Notes under the pieces: generated by a model
What the model was told of the DNA's origin: nothing
The model's input: only the letters and a program-made list of their open reading frames with translations
The model's database searches: none
Made by a program: the position numbers and the translations under genes
From: Malacoraja senta
Taxonomy: Eukaryota
Assembly (NCBI GenBank): GCA_038087875.1
Contig: CM075989.1
Span: 19,222,001 to 19,286,000 of the forward strand
Direction: 5' to 3'
Length of the DNA stretch: 64,000 bases
Shown: positions 13,277 to 25,968 of the stretch, piece by piece
How the letters are laid out: the number at the start of each line of letters is the position of its first letter
Position numbering within the stretch: the stretch's first letter is position 1

Positions 13277-14019
13277 CTGGAGAGATTAATATATTTATCA
13301 GGTCATAAGTGATAGGAGTAGAATTAGGCCATTCGGCCCATCAAGTCTACTCCGCCATTCAATCATGGCTGGTCTATCTCTCCCTCCTAACCCCATCCTC
13401 TTGCCTTCTCCCCATAACCTCTGACACCCGTACTAATCAAGAATCTATCTATCCCGGACTTAATCATATCCACTGTCTTGACCTCCACAAGCCTTCTGTG
13501 CCAAAGAATTCCGCAGATTCCCATTTAAAACGTTTAATCCTCATTTTGTTATATTATAGTCTGTTTAGCTTATTATTGTCACGTGTATCAAGATAGGGTG
13601 TAAAGTTTTTGTTTGCATGCTATCCAGTAAAAAAAAAAGACAATAGATAAATATAATTAAGTCGTCCACAGAGCATAGATAAAGGATAAAGAGTACAACA
13701 GCCTATTTAAAGCATTTAACCAGGAAACATCACAGCTTGTTTTGGAAACAGCACCATCCAAGACCACAAGATATTGCAGCAAATTGTGGACGTAGCCCAG
13801 ACCGTCACACCAACCAACCTCCCTTCCACCAACACCCCACGCTGCCTCGTCAAGGGCAGCAGCATAATCAAGGACGAGCCACCTCCTGGTCTCTCTCTCT
13901 TCTCCCCTCTCCCATCGGGAAAAAGGTTCAGAAGTGTGAAAACGCACACCTCCCCAGCTGCTATCAGGCAACTGAATCATCCTACCACAATCAGAGCTCC
14001 AAACCAAGCTGTGATGTTT

Positions 14020-14885
14020 CCTGGTTCGCTGACGACACCACTGTTATGGGACGTATCACTGATGGTGATGAGTCAGAGTATAGAAGAGAGATCGAGCAAC
14101 TGTCCATATGGTGCCAGCACAATAACCTGGCCCTCAACACCAGCAAAACCAAGGAACTGATTGTGGACTTTGGAAGGAGTAGGATGGGGACCCACAGTCC
14201 CGTTTATATCAATGGTTGAAAGGGTCAAGAGCTTCAAATTCCTGGGCGTGCACATCTCTGAAGATCTTTCCTGGTCCGAGAACAATGATGCCATTATTAA
14301 GAAAGCACATCAGCGCCTCTACTTCCTGAGAAGATTACGGAGAGTCGGTTTGTCAAGGAGGACTCTCTCTAACTTCTACAGGTGCACAGTAGAGAGCATG
14401 CTGACGAGTTGCATCGTGGCTTGGTTCGGCAACTTGAGTGCCCTGGAGAGGAAAAGACTACAAAAAGTAGTAAACACTGCCCAGTCCATCATCGGCTCTG
14501 ACCTTCCTTCCATCGAGGGGATCTACCACAGTCGCTGCCTCAAAAAGGTTGGCAGCATCATCAAGGACCCACACCATCCTGGCCACACACTCATCTCCCT
14601 ACTACCTTCAGGTAGAAGGTACAGGAGCCTGAAGACTGCAACAACCAGGTTCAGGAACAGCTACTTCCCCACAGCCATCAGGCTATTAAACCTGGCTCGG
14701 ACATAACACTGAACTTTACTAGCCAATACTGTTATTTGCACTTTATCAGTATATTGACCATTGTGTATATATTTATAGAATGCCTTGTAGTAAATGCCTA
14801 CTATGTTCTGTTGTGCTCAAGCAAAGCAAGAATTTCATTGTCCTACCAGGGACACATGACAATAAACTCACTTGACACTTGACTT
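14020..14885 (+). mobile_element. Rex1/Babar-type LINE 3' fragment
   Basis: FADDTTVMGRITDGDESEYRREI...FKFLGVHISEDLSW...KAHQRLYFLRRL...SGRRYRSL...FPTAIRLLN*; tail aataaactcacttgac. Confidence 0.85.
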
Positions 14886-15151
14886 GAGAGCAGTCCTGAA
14901 CTACTATCTACCTTATTGATGACCCTCGGACTATCCCTTATCATGTATCTATACACTGTAAATGTGACCATGTATTATCTTTCCGCTGACTGGTTAGCAC
15001 GCAACAAAATCTTTTCACTGTACCTCGGTACACGTGACAATAAACTAAACTGCAACGGTAACATTTAGTGCAAAGATATGGGTAGTTAAGTACAGTCATT
15101 ACCTCTGTTAATCAAGGATAAAATTATAATCAAAATGACAAACATCATTCA

Positions 15152-15307
<156 letters not shown>

Positions 15308-16392
15308 TTACAATAAAAACCCACGTCACACAGTCAGATTCACCAGCATTTGTGTCTTTTCTTGTAAACCAGCATACTTGTCGTCTACAGATTCACGTGC
15401 TTGCTGGTACAATGGAAACATTTAACCAAGGGTTAGAGGGTCCAATATTGAGCATCTTGTTGTTATGTCAACTAGAACACCAACTAGAACACGGTGTGGC
15501 ACGATGGCACAGCGGTAGAGTTGCTGCCTTACAGCGCCAGAGACCCGGGTTCAATCCTAACTAAGGGTGCTTGTCTGTACAGAGTTTGTACGTTCTTCCC
15601 GTGACCTGCGTGGGTTTTCTCCGAGATCTTCGGTTTACTCCCACACTCCAAACACGTACAGGTTTGTAGGTTAATTGGCTTGGTGTAAATGTAAAATTGT
15701 CTCTTGTGTGTGTGTGTGTGTGTGTGTGTGTAGGGTAGTGTTAGTGATAGGAGTAGAATTAGGCCATTCGGCCGACTCGATGGGCCGAAGGGCCTGTTTC
15801 CATGCCGTATCTTTAAACCAAACTGAACTAAACACCGAGTGCGGTTCCACATTAGACGCCATGGACTGAGGAGAAATCATGTCTTTCATAAGGAGAGTTT
15901 AGAGGGCTATCGACCAAATAATCTACCGAATAATGAAAGCTCTAGATAGAGTGGATGTGAAGAGGATATTTCCAGCAGTGGAAGAGTCCAGGACTAAAGG
16001 CCACTGCCTCAGAGTGAAATGACGCACATTTAGAAAGATGAGGAGGATTTCTTTAGCTAGAGGATGATGACCTATGGAATTCATTCCCATAGACGGCTGT
16101 GGGGGCCAAGTCATTGGGTATTTTTTTAAACGGAGGTTGATAGGTTCTTGATTGGTAAGGGCATCAAAGATTTCAGAGGGAAGGCAGGAGAATGTGGTTG
16201 TGAGGGGAAAATAGATCATCCATTATCGAATGACAGCACAAATTTGATAGGCCAAAGGGCCTACCTGCTCCTATATTTTGTGGTTTTATACAGGTAAACT
16301 GGATTAGCCTGGAATGTCAACATGGTCGCCATGGACATGGCGGGCTGAAGGGCCGGTTTCCATGCTGTACAGCTCTATGACTTGAAGTATAG

Positions 16393-16695
16393 GTGGCACG
16401 GTAGCACAGCTGTAGTGCTGCTGCCTTACGGTGCCAGAGACCCGGGTTCGATCCTGACTACGGGTGCTTGTCTGTACGGAGTTTGTACGTTCTCCCTGTG
16501 ACCACGTGGGTTTTCTCCGGGTGCTCCGGTTTCCTCCCACACTCCAACTACATACAGGTCTGTAGGTTAATTGGCTTGATACGATTGTCAATTGTCCCTA
16601 GCGTGTGTAGGATAGCGTTAGTTTGCGGGGATCCCTGGTCGGCGCGGATCGATGGGCCAAAGGGTCTGTTTCCGTGCCGTATCTCTAAACTAAAA
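16393..16695 (+). mobile_element. V-SINE (HE1-like), full length
   Basis: Same tRNA head, V-domain and CR1-type tail. Confidence 0.85.
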
Positions 16696-16750
16696 AAAAA
16701 GCACCGATATCTTCCTGCAGAATGAACGCATCATACACGGTTGCCATTAC

Positions 16751-17016
16751 CCATAAATGTCCAATACACCAATGAAGGTGTATTGCTTTCCGGAAAACTG
16801 CAGAGCCTTGTTGATGTGCTGCACGATGCAGCTGAAGAGGTTGGAGTAGATGTGCTTGGCCAATGCATCCCTGGCGTTGACCGCTTGAACTTTGGTCATG
16901 GGTTTGATCACAGTGTCTGAGCCGGTAGCAATCTTTCGGTGGCAGAGTCCGTAAGCCATCTCCTCCGCCTTCAGCTCAAGAAGTTCACTAAACACTCTAA
17001 GATGATGATCATCACG
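16751..17016 (-). CDS. MYO5C: Myosin Vc exon 10 (RDDHHLRVF...ARDALAKHIY...FIGVLDIYG)
   Basis: 266 nt, aacag|...|gtaatg; start of switch II. Confidence 0.95.
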
Positions 17017-17067
17017 CTGTTTATGAGCAAACAAAGTAGGAGGATGATCATTACAAGTTCATTCTTT

Positions 17068-17285
17068 AGGGCCCGTCCCACTTGGTTGCCATTTACGCGA
17101 CATCATTTACGCCTCACGACACACTCGTCGTGACGCGCACGTGCTGAGCGCATGGTTGGCATTACGCGCGCATGGTGCGTGGTGACGTAGGCAGTCGCGC
17201 GCGGCGCCCCAGGATTTTGGGATGTACAAAATCTTCGCGCGCCATCTGCGTGACGCGCAAATGACTCCCAAGTGGGACAGGCCCT
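17068..17285. mobile_element. Non-autonomous DNA transposon (PIF/Harbinger-like MITE)
   Basis: TIRs agggcccgtcccacttgg / ccaagtgggacaggccct, flanked by ttt / tta; CpG-rich interior. Confidence 0.65.
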
Positions 17286-17759
17286 TTAGACTTCAAAGCT
17301 CTATGGCCGTCTCCGTATTAATTTATTAATTAGTCATCGAGTCATACAATAGTTCAATAGTGCTTCATTTGTCGCAGATGCAACTGCACAGTCTAATCCT
17401 TCATGCATATATTACACATTAAGGTGCCGCCATTATTGGTACCATTATTATTAATCTAGCAAAATTTTAAATTGAATACAGTTTATAGAACGACAGTTAC
17501 CGAAGGGATATGAACTCACTTTGTCCATCATATCTGCTCCAGGAGTTTGGAGCAGCAGTCTATATGCTTTTCGACAGGCACATGGATATGCAGGGAATGG
17601 AAGGGCATGGATCACATGCAGGCAGAGGAGGTTAGTTTATCTTGCATCATGTTCGGCCAGGACTTTGAAGAGCCCGTTCCCGTGCTGTACTGTTCTATAT
17701 TCTATGCTCTGGTGCTCAGAGGGACCTGGATGCTTTTGTATATGAATGTGCAATTAAAC

Positions 17760-18630
17760 GTGACATCTCCAAGTTTGCGGATGACACAAAACTGGATGGC
17801 AGTGTGAGCTGCGAGGAAATTGCTAGTAGGATGCAGGGTGACTTGGATAGGTTGGGCGAGTGGGCAGAAGCATGGCAGATGCAGTATAACGTGGATAAAT
17901 GTGAGATTATCCACTTTGGTGGCAAGAACAGGAATGCAGATTATTATCTGAATGGTGTCAGATTAGGAAAAGGGGAGATGCAAAGAGACCCGTGTGTGCT
18001 TGTACATCAGTCACTGAAAGCAAGCATGCAGTTACAGCAGGCAGTGAAGAAAGCTGAGAGGATTTGAGTTTAGGAGCAAGGAGGTCCTACTGCAGTTGTA
18101 CAGCGCCCTGGTGAGACCACACCTGGAGTATTGTGTGCAATTTTGGTCTCCTAATTTGAGGAAGGACATTATTGCTATTGAGGGAGTGCAGCGTAGGTTC
18201 ACCAGGTTAATTCCCGGGATGGCGGGACTGACGTATGATGAAAGAATGGGTTGATTGTAATTCAGAAGGATGAGAGGGCATCTTATAGAAACATATAAAA
18301 TCATTAAAAGATTGGCTAGATGCTGGAAATTATTTCCTGATGTTAGGGGAGTCCAGAACCAGGGGTCACAGTTTAAGAATAAGGGGTAGGCCATTTAAGA
18401 CTGAGATGAGGAAATACTTTTTCACCCAGAGAGTTGTGAATCTGTGGAATTCTCTGCCACAGTAGGAGGCCAATTCACTGGATGTTTTCAAGAGAGTTGG
18501 ATTTAGCTCTTAGGGCTAAGGGAATCAAGGGGAAAAAGCAGGAACGGGGGACTAATTTTTAGATGATCAGCCATGATCATATTGAATGGCGGTGCTGGCT
18601 CGAAGGGCCGAATGGCCTACTCATGCATCT
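17760..18630 (+). mobile_element. CR1-type LINE fragment (degenerate; includes RT FADDTK motif)
   Basis: ccaagtttgcggatgacacaaaactg = SKFADDTKL; frameshifts downstream. Confidence 0.85.
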
Positions 18631-19186
18631 ATGTTTAGTAAGGCAAATGTCATGATCGGCTTTATTGCACAATGTTTTGAGTGGTGGAAGGAGATATATT
18701 GTTCTAATTACAGAGCCCTGTTGAGACTACATCAGGTAAGGAAGCATGACCCTAATAGAGGGAGAGTAACAAAGATTTACCAGACCATTCCTGGAATGGA
18801 GACTGTGGCAGCTCAGTGGCACCGCTGATAAAGCTGCGGCCTCACAGCGGCAGAGACCAGAGTTCATTCCTGACCTTGGGTGCTGTCTGTGTGGTGTTTG
18901 CACGTTCTCCCTGTGACTGTGTGGGTCTCCTACGGGTGTTCCGGATTCCTCCCGTATCCCCAAGACCAGCAGGTTTGTAGGTTAATTGGGCTCCGTAAAA
19001 TTGCCTCTAGTGCGTAGGGAGTGGATGCGAAAATGGGATAGCATAGAAATAGTGTGAGCGCGTGATCGATGGTCGGCATGGACTCGATGGGCCGAAGGGC
19101 CCGTTTCATGCTGTTTCAATCAATCAATTACTCAATCAATCAATATCAGTGGAGCATCAATGTTAAACATACACAGTAATATTGTA

Positions 19187-19555
19187 CAGGTCCACCACCG
19201 ATTTTCCAGCAACTGGTGATCCTGCACCTCCTTTAATCTGGATGAAGTTACGCCAACGCAAGAGAAACCCCCCCGGGAATTCCCGCCTGAAAATGTGGTG
19301 CCTTGGTCTGGTGAGGCGGCCGATCTCGACCTCATCAGGATTTCCGCGGTCGATCGGCGGGTTGAATTTGTCGCCTGCGTCCAGAGCTCTGGAACTCCGG
19401 CCCAGCCGGAGCTGGCAGGTCCGTCCCCATAGCCGACCTCTGAGGCCGACTTTGTATCTCTGCCCCCCAAAGGCCCCGACCTCTGTCGGTCCGGCAAAAC
19501 GGATAATGCAGCAAGGCTCTGGAACGGAAGTTGCCGGAAAATCAGCGGTGGACCC
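19187..19555. mobile_element. Tc1/mariner (Tigger-like) MITE
   Basis: TA-flanked; TIRs of about 26 bp ggtccaccaccgattttccagcaact / agttgccggaaaatcagcggtggacc (3 mismatches); a related end fragment lies at about 44802-44880. Confidence 0.65.
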
Positions 19556-19596
19556 TACATCATAAATCACGATAGATTTAAATGCTGCAAACTTAC

Positions 19597-19703
19597 TTTG
19601 ACTTCAGATTTTTCTTCATTCAAAGATCTAATTTGTACATTTCCTAAGTGAAGAATTCCTGCCAATACTTTGAAGACATCCATTTGAAAGTCTTTGTTCA
19701 TAC
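19597..19703 (-). CDS. MYO5C: Myosin Vc exon 9 (MNKDFQMDVFKVLAGILHLGNVQIRSLNEEKSEVK)
   Basis: 107 nt, ttcag|...|gtaagt; ILHLGN motif. Confidence 0.94.
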
Positions 19704-20194
19704 CTGAAACACAGATTTCCATTTCCATTGACTGTTGCCGAGTTTCTTCTGTTTTATCACAAGGAACCTCAGCCAGAGCCACCTCAATCAGATTTTAGTT
19801 TTTTTTTTTTTTTAAAAAGAGATACAGCACGGAAACAGACCCTCCGCGCCGACCAGCGATCCCCGCACATTAACACTGTCTTACGCAAACTAGGGACAAT
19901 TTACATTTGCACCAAGCCAATTAACCTACAAAACTGTACATCTTTGGAGTGTGGGAGGAAACCGAAGATCTCGGAGAAAACCCACGCAGGTCACGGGGAG
20001 AATGTACAGACAGCACCCGTAGTCGAGATCGAACCTGGGTCTTGCGAGCGCTGTAAGGCAGCAACTCTACCGCTGCGCCATTGTGCTGCCCTGACAGAAA
20101 GGGATAAGGGAGCAACATTGTTCCAAGGGCAGGGAACAATATTACAATAACACTAACCCACGTCAGAAGTTGTGCCAATCCCCCCCACACTTAC

Positions 20195-20302
20195 CCAGCA
20201 GTGAAAACGTTTTTTGAGTTTCAATGAAATCCGTCTGGTCGTTGACGCCATCAATGACAGCATTTCCACCCTTGCTTACGTAACTGAAGTTTTCTGCAAC
20301 AT
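20195..20302 (-). CDS. MYO5C: Myosin Vc exon 8 (VAENFSYVSKGGNAVIDGVNDQTDFIETQKTFSLL)
   Basis: 108 nt, cacag|...|gtaagt. Confidence 0.93.
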
Positions 20303-20742
20303 CTGTGAATAATTTAAATTCATCTCATTAGAAAAGGTGTAAGACAACACAGGGGAAACTTTAGTTCACAAATGTCGTAACAGAGAACTGCAGATGCTGG
20401 TTTATACCAAAGAGAGGCATAAAAGGCTGGAGGTTAGGCAGCATCTCTGGAGAAAATAGATAGGTGATGTTTTGGGTCAGGACTTTTCTCAGTCTAAAGA
20501 AAGGTCCCAACCTGAACAGCCAGCTATCTATGTTAGCTTAGTTTAGTTTAGACATACAATGTGGAAACAGGCCCTTCAGCCCATTGAGTCCACGCTGACC
20601 AAGGATCACCCATATACTGGTTCTATGTTAACCCCATTTCACATCCTACACACCAGGGGCAATTTACAGAAGCCAATTAACCTACAAACCTGCACGTCTT
20701 TAGAATGTGTGGAGGAAACTGGAGCACCTGGAGAAAACCCAT

Positions 20743-21563
20743 AATGTGGATAAATGTGAGGTTATCCATTTTGGTGGCAAAAACAGGAAAGCAGACTATC
20801 TAAATGGTGGCCGACTAGGAAAAGGGGAGATGCAGCGAGACCTGGGTGTCATGGTACACCAGTCATTGAAAGTAGGCATGCAGGTGCAGGAGGCAGTGAA
20901 GAAAGCGAATGATATGTTAGCTTTCATAGCAAAAGGATTTGAGTATAGGAGCAGGGAGGTTCTACTGCAGTTGTACAGGGTCTTGGTGAGACCACACCTG
21001 GAGTATTGCGTACAGTTTTGGTCTCCAAATCTGAGGAAGGACATTATTGCCATAGAGGGAGTGCAGAGAAGGTTCACCAGACTGATTCCTGGGATGTCAG
21101 GACTGTCTTATGAAGAAAGACTGGATAGACTTGGTTTATACTCTCTTGAATTTAGGAGATTGAGAGGGGATCTTATAGAAACTTACAAAATTCTTAAGGG
21201 GTTGGACAGGCTAGATGCAGGAAGATTGCTCCCGATGTTGGGGAAGTCCAGGACAAGGGGTCACAGCTTAAGGATAAGGGGGAAATCCTTTAAAACCGAG
21301 ATGAGAAGAACTTTTTTCACACAGAGAGTGGTGAATCTCTGGAACTCTCTGCCACAGAGGGTAGTCGAGGCCAGTTCATTGGCCATATTTAAGAGGGAGT
21401 TAGATGTGGCCCTTGTGGCTAAAGGGATCAGAGGGTATGGAGAGAAGGCAGGTACGGGATACTGAGTTGGATGATCAGCCATGATCATATTGAATGGCGG
21501 TGCAGGCTCGAAGGGCCGAATGGCCTATTCCTGCACCTAATTTCTATGTTTCTATGTTTCTAT
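20743..21563 (+). mobile_element. CR1/HER1-type LINE 3' fragment (RT C-terminus, uninterrupted frame), inserted in a V-SINE
   Basis: NVDKCEVIHFG...LYRVLVRPHLEYCVQFWSP...LERRLRGDL-like motifs...FFTQRVVNLWNSLP; tail (tttctatg)n; the SINE resumes at 21564. Confidence 0.9.
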
Positions 21564-21912
21564 GTCACAGGGAGATCGTACAAACTCTGTACAGACAGCA
21601 CCCTCCGTCAGAATTGAACCATGGTGAACTAGTGAACTAGTTGAACCAATTGAACTAGTGCTGTAAGGCAGCAACTCTACTGCTGTGCCATTGTGCCAAC
21701 CTCTTCTCCAGAGATGCTGCCTGATCCGCTGAGTAACTCCAGCATTTTGTGTCTCTCTTTGGTACAAACCAGCATCTGCAGTTCCTTGTTATTACAGAGA
21801 AACTTTATTTCACTAATGTCGCCCTGATTGTATCACAGATTCTTTGTCAGCAGAATAAAACAACTTGCCAGGAAATAGACTTCATGAAGTAGGAAGCTGT
21901 CAAAACACCTAC

Positions 21913-21994
21913 CCAATTTTAGATGCTCAAACTCCTTTCTGTCAGCGGATGCACAGAGTTGGTAGAATATATGATAATTCCTCTCATTTTCTGT
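21913..21994 (-). CDS. MYO5C: Myosin Vc exon 7 ([27 protein letters not shown])
   Basis: 82 nt, tttag|...|gtaggt; [10 protein letters not shown] motif; absent from the supplied ORF track. Confidence 0.94.
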
Positions 21995-22765
21995 CTAAAT
22001 ATAACAAATAGATATGGCAAAGTTATTGCAAAAGGGGTGGTATAATTGGAACATTGGTGTGGTTTATCATTTGATATCATGAGCCAACAATTCAGCGTGA
22101 AATAGGAATGGTGCGTAGAACTACGAGTGTGTTGGTTAATACGTGATGGTGCAGAAAAGAACATAAACTGGTACAGCTTTTTCACACGGTACACAGCGGG
22201 TGCAGCAGCATCTATGGAGCGAAGGAGATAGGCAACGTTTCGGGCCTATTTGTTATATTTTCACACAGAGAGTGGTGAATCTCTGGAACTCTCTGCCACA
22301 GAGGGTAGTTGAGGCCAGTTCATTGGCTATATTTAAGAGGGAGTTAGAAGTGGCCCTTGTGGATAAGGGGATCAGGGGGTATGGAGAGAAGGCAGGTACG
22401 GGATACTGAGTTGGATGAACAGCCATGATCATATTGAATGGCGGTGCAGGCTCGAAGGGCCGAATGGCCTACTCCTGCACCTATTTTATATGTATCTATG
22501 TATCTATGAAACCCTTCTTCAGACAAAGGGTGGTGGGTGTATGGAACAAGCTGCCAGAGGAGGTAGTTGAGGCAGGTAGTTGAGCATCCCAACATTTAAG
22601 AAACAGTTAGACAGGTACATGGATAGGACAGGTTTGGAGGGATACGAACCAAGCGCAGGCAGGTGGGACTAGTGTAGCTGGGGCATGTTAATCGGAGTGG
22701 GCAAGTTGGGCAGAAGGGCCTGTTTCCACACTGTATCACTCTATGACTCTAAAAACATACATTGT

Positions 22766-23240
22766 GTGCAGGAAGGAACTGCAGATGCTGGTTTAAACCG
22801 AAGATAGACACAAAATGCTGGGAGTAACTCAGCGGGACAGGAGGCATCTCTGGAGAGAAGGAAAGGGTGACATTTCGGGTCAAGACCTTTCTTCAGACGG
22901 ATGTCAGGGGAGAGGGAGATACATAGATAAGGATGTGTAAGGTGTGAAACCAGGTCAAAGGGAATGGAGATGAAGGAACATGTAGAATAGATCATTGTTA
23001 GCTGGGAGAAGTAACAACTAAGCAAACAGAGATAAAATGTAGTTGGAGACAGTAAGACTGGTCGGAAAACTGGGAAGGGGGGAGGGATGGCTAGAGAGGG
23101 AAAGCAAGAGTTACTTGAAATTAGAGAAGTCAATGTTCATACCGCTGGGGTGTAAGCTGCCCAAGCGAAATATGAGGTGCTGTTCCTCCAATTTGCGCTG
23201 GACCTCACTCTGACAATGGAGGACAGAAAGGTCAGTGTGG
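22766..23240 (-). mobile_element. Penelope-like element 3' end: GIY-YIG C-terminus, stop and terminal repeat with hammerhead motif
   Basis: Translates [42 protein letters not shown], followed by ...cgtCTGAAGAaaggtcttgacccGAAAtgTCacc... Confidence 0.8.
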
Positions 23241-23263
23241 AAATACATCAGTGTAACCCTTAC

Positions 23264-23407
23264 CTGAAACACCACGCGAGACTTTTCCAGCAGGTACGTT
23301 CTCATGTTGGCGCCGATGATGCGGTACCGGTTATCGAAGCTGATCTCGGTATATTTACCGAAGCGGCTGCTGTTGTCATTACGGGTTGTCTTTGCATTTC
23401 CAATGGC
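23264..23407 (-). CDS. MYO5C: Myosin Vc exon 6 (switch [20 protein letters not shown]...[11 protein letters not shown])
   Basis: 144 nt, ttcag|...|gtaagg. Confidence 0.96.
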
Positions 23408-25932
23408 CTGAAAACAAGGAGATATTGCTGCAAGTCTCTTGAGACAGAACATGCATTAATCATCCTGCAACCATTTAGGAATTGATGATTGGGAAACTTT
23501 AATATGAAACAAATGGTGTGTATTATTTATGGAAGCCTTAGAACATCGAACGTGGAACAGTACAGCACGGGAATAGGCCCTTCGGCCCACAATGTCCGTG
23601 CTGAACATGATGCCAAGGTAATCTCTTCTGCTTGCATGTGATCCGTATCCATGCACCTCTTAAAGCCTCTTAAATGCCAGTATTGTATCTGCCTCCACTA
23701 ATACCCCTGGCAGCACATTCCAGGCACCGAACCCTCTCCGTCTAAAGAACTTGCCCCGCAGATCTCCTTGAAACTTTGGCCCCCTCACCTTAAAGCTGTG
23801 CCCTCTAGTCTTTGACATTTCCACCCTGGGGAATAGACTCTGACTCTCTACCCTATCTATGCCTCTCATAATCTTATTACTTCTATCAGGTCTCCCCTCA
23901 GCCTCTGACACTACAGAAAAAAACAATCCAATTTTTTCCATTTTAATGACGAAAATTTTTGAATTAAGGTATTGAGAGTTGCAAACTGCAGAATACCATT
24001 CACTAAATTTCAATTATTATATATGGACGGGAAAGGAATGGAGGGATATGGTCTGAGTGCAGGTAGATGGGACTAGGGAAGTAAGAAGAAAGAAGGGGGA
24101 AAAAAAAGAAGAAAAAAAGTGTTTGGCACGGACTTGAAGGGCCGAGATGGTCTGTTTCCGTGCTGTAATGGTTATATGGTTATATGGTTATTATAACTTT
24201 AGTTCCATTTAATATTACTCTAGTTCCTATCAGTTTTAACTGCTCTTAGTTAAAAAAGGATAGACTTTAATGTTTATTGCACAGGTGTCAACTTTAAATA
24301 TGCATAAAGAGGGAAGTTTACCCGTTGTAATATTTAATAACAATAGAAGCAGACCATTGAATCGTAGAGTGGGAACTGCAAGGATAAGGCCCATCACCCC
24401 TTCAAAATCAGACTGGTTCTCTACAAAAGCAAGTTGCTTCACTGCCCACACCTGTTTTTTTAAATTCCACTTTCAACGTAAACAAAATCACGAGAGGAAT
24501 AGATCGGATAGACACACAGAGTCTCGTACCCAGAGTATGGGAAAATCGAGAACCAGAGGCCATAGGTTTAAGGTGAGGGTGAAAAGATTTAATAGGTACC
24601 TGAGGGGTAACTTTTTCCACACAAAGGGTGGTGGGTGTATGGAATGAGCTGCCGGAGGAGGTAGTTGAAGCAGGGCCGATCGCAACGTTTAAGAAACATT
24701 TAGGCAGGTGCAAGTATAGGACAGGTTTGGAGGGATATGGGCCCAAAACAGGCAGGTGTGATTAGTGTAGATGGAACATATTGACCGGTGTGGGCAAGTT
24801 GGGCCGAAGGGGTTGTTTCCACGCTGTAAGATTCTATGACTTAGAACATAGAACAGAGCAGCACAGGAAACAGGCCCTTCGGCCCACATTGTCGGTGCCA
24901 AAGATGGTACCAAATTAAACTAATTGAAACTTATTCTGATCTAATTCCTTTTCGAAAGCAATGGCTAAATCTGTGTCTATCACACTGCATACCAACACAT
25001 TCCACAACTCCAGATGGTAACCACCCTATGTGAAAAATGAATTTCTTCATCATCTTTGTTTCAATGCCAATTTTCTTTCATTTGTCTTTTCTGGTTTTCA
25101 TTCATCTCTAACTACTTCATCTAGAAGGTCCTTTATTTTGAAATACCTTTAACACTTTCCCTCTCAACTTGCTCCAAGGATAATAATCTTAGCGTTACCA
25201 GATTTCGTTACATCACTAGAATGTACCCCGTCGCGAATCCCACAAATAATTCTAGATATCTCGCACTGGTCTGAAGAAGGGTCCCGACCTGAACCTGTCA
25301 TCTGTCCACTCTCTCCACAGATGCTGCCTGACCTGCTGAGTTCCTCCAGCACTTTGTGCAAGAAGGAACTGCAGATGCTGGTTTACACCAAAGATAGACT
25401 CAAAATACTGGAATAACCCAGTGAGTCAGGGAGCATCTCTGAAGAAAAGGAACAGGTGATGTTTTGGGTCGAGACCCTTGTTCAGACTGATTAATTACCC
25501 CGTACACTCGCACTATCCTACACAAATTTACAATTTTATCGGTCAATTAACCTACAAACATCTTTGGAGTGCGAGAGGAAACCGGAGCAACCGGAGAAAA
25601 CCCACACGGTAACAGGGAGAATGTGCACACAAGGTCACAGGGAGAGGGTCTGAGCTATAGGGAGAGGTTGAATAGGCTGGGGCTATATTCCTTGGAGCGC
25701 AGGAGGATGAGGGGTAATCTTATAGAGGCGTATAAGATCATGAGAGGAATAGATCAGTAGATGCACAGAATCTCTTGCCCAGAGTAGGGGAATCGAGGAC
25801 CAGCGGACATAGATTCAAGGTGAAAGGGGAAAGATTTAATAGGAATCTGAGGGGCAACATTTTCACACAAAGGTACACAAAAATGCTGGAGAAACTCAGC
25901 GGGTGCAGCAGCATCTATGGAGCGAAGGAAAT

Positions 25933-25968
25933 AGGTAACGTTTCGGGCCGAAACCCTTCTTCAGACCC
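25933..25968 (-). ncRNA. Minimal type-I hammerhead ribozyme motif (intact core), MYO5C intron 5, sense strand
   Basis: gggt-CTGAAGA-A-GGGTT tc GGCCC-GAAA-cg-TT-acct: 4-bp stem I, 5-bp stem II with G-U pairs, palindromic AACGTT stem III. Confidence 0.6.

Noticed and set aside
20707..21465. 252-aa ORF as a host gene
   Set aside because: 5'-truncated CR1 ORF2 C-terminus; its start comes from the flanking SINE.
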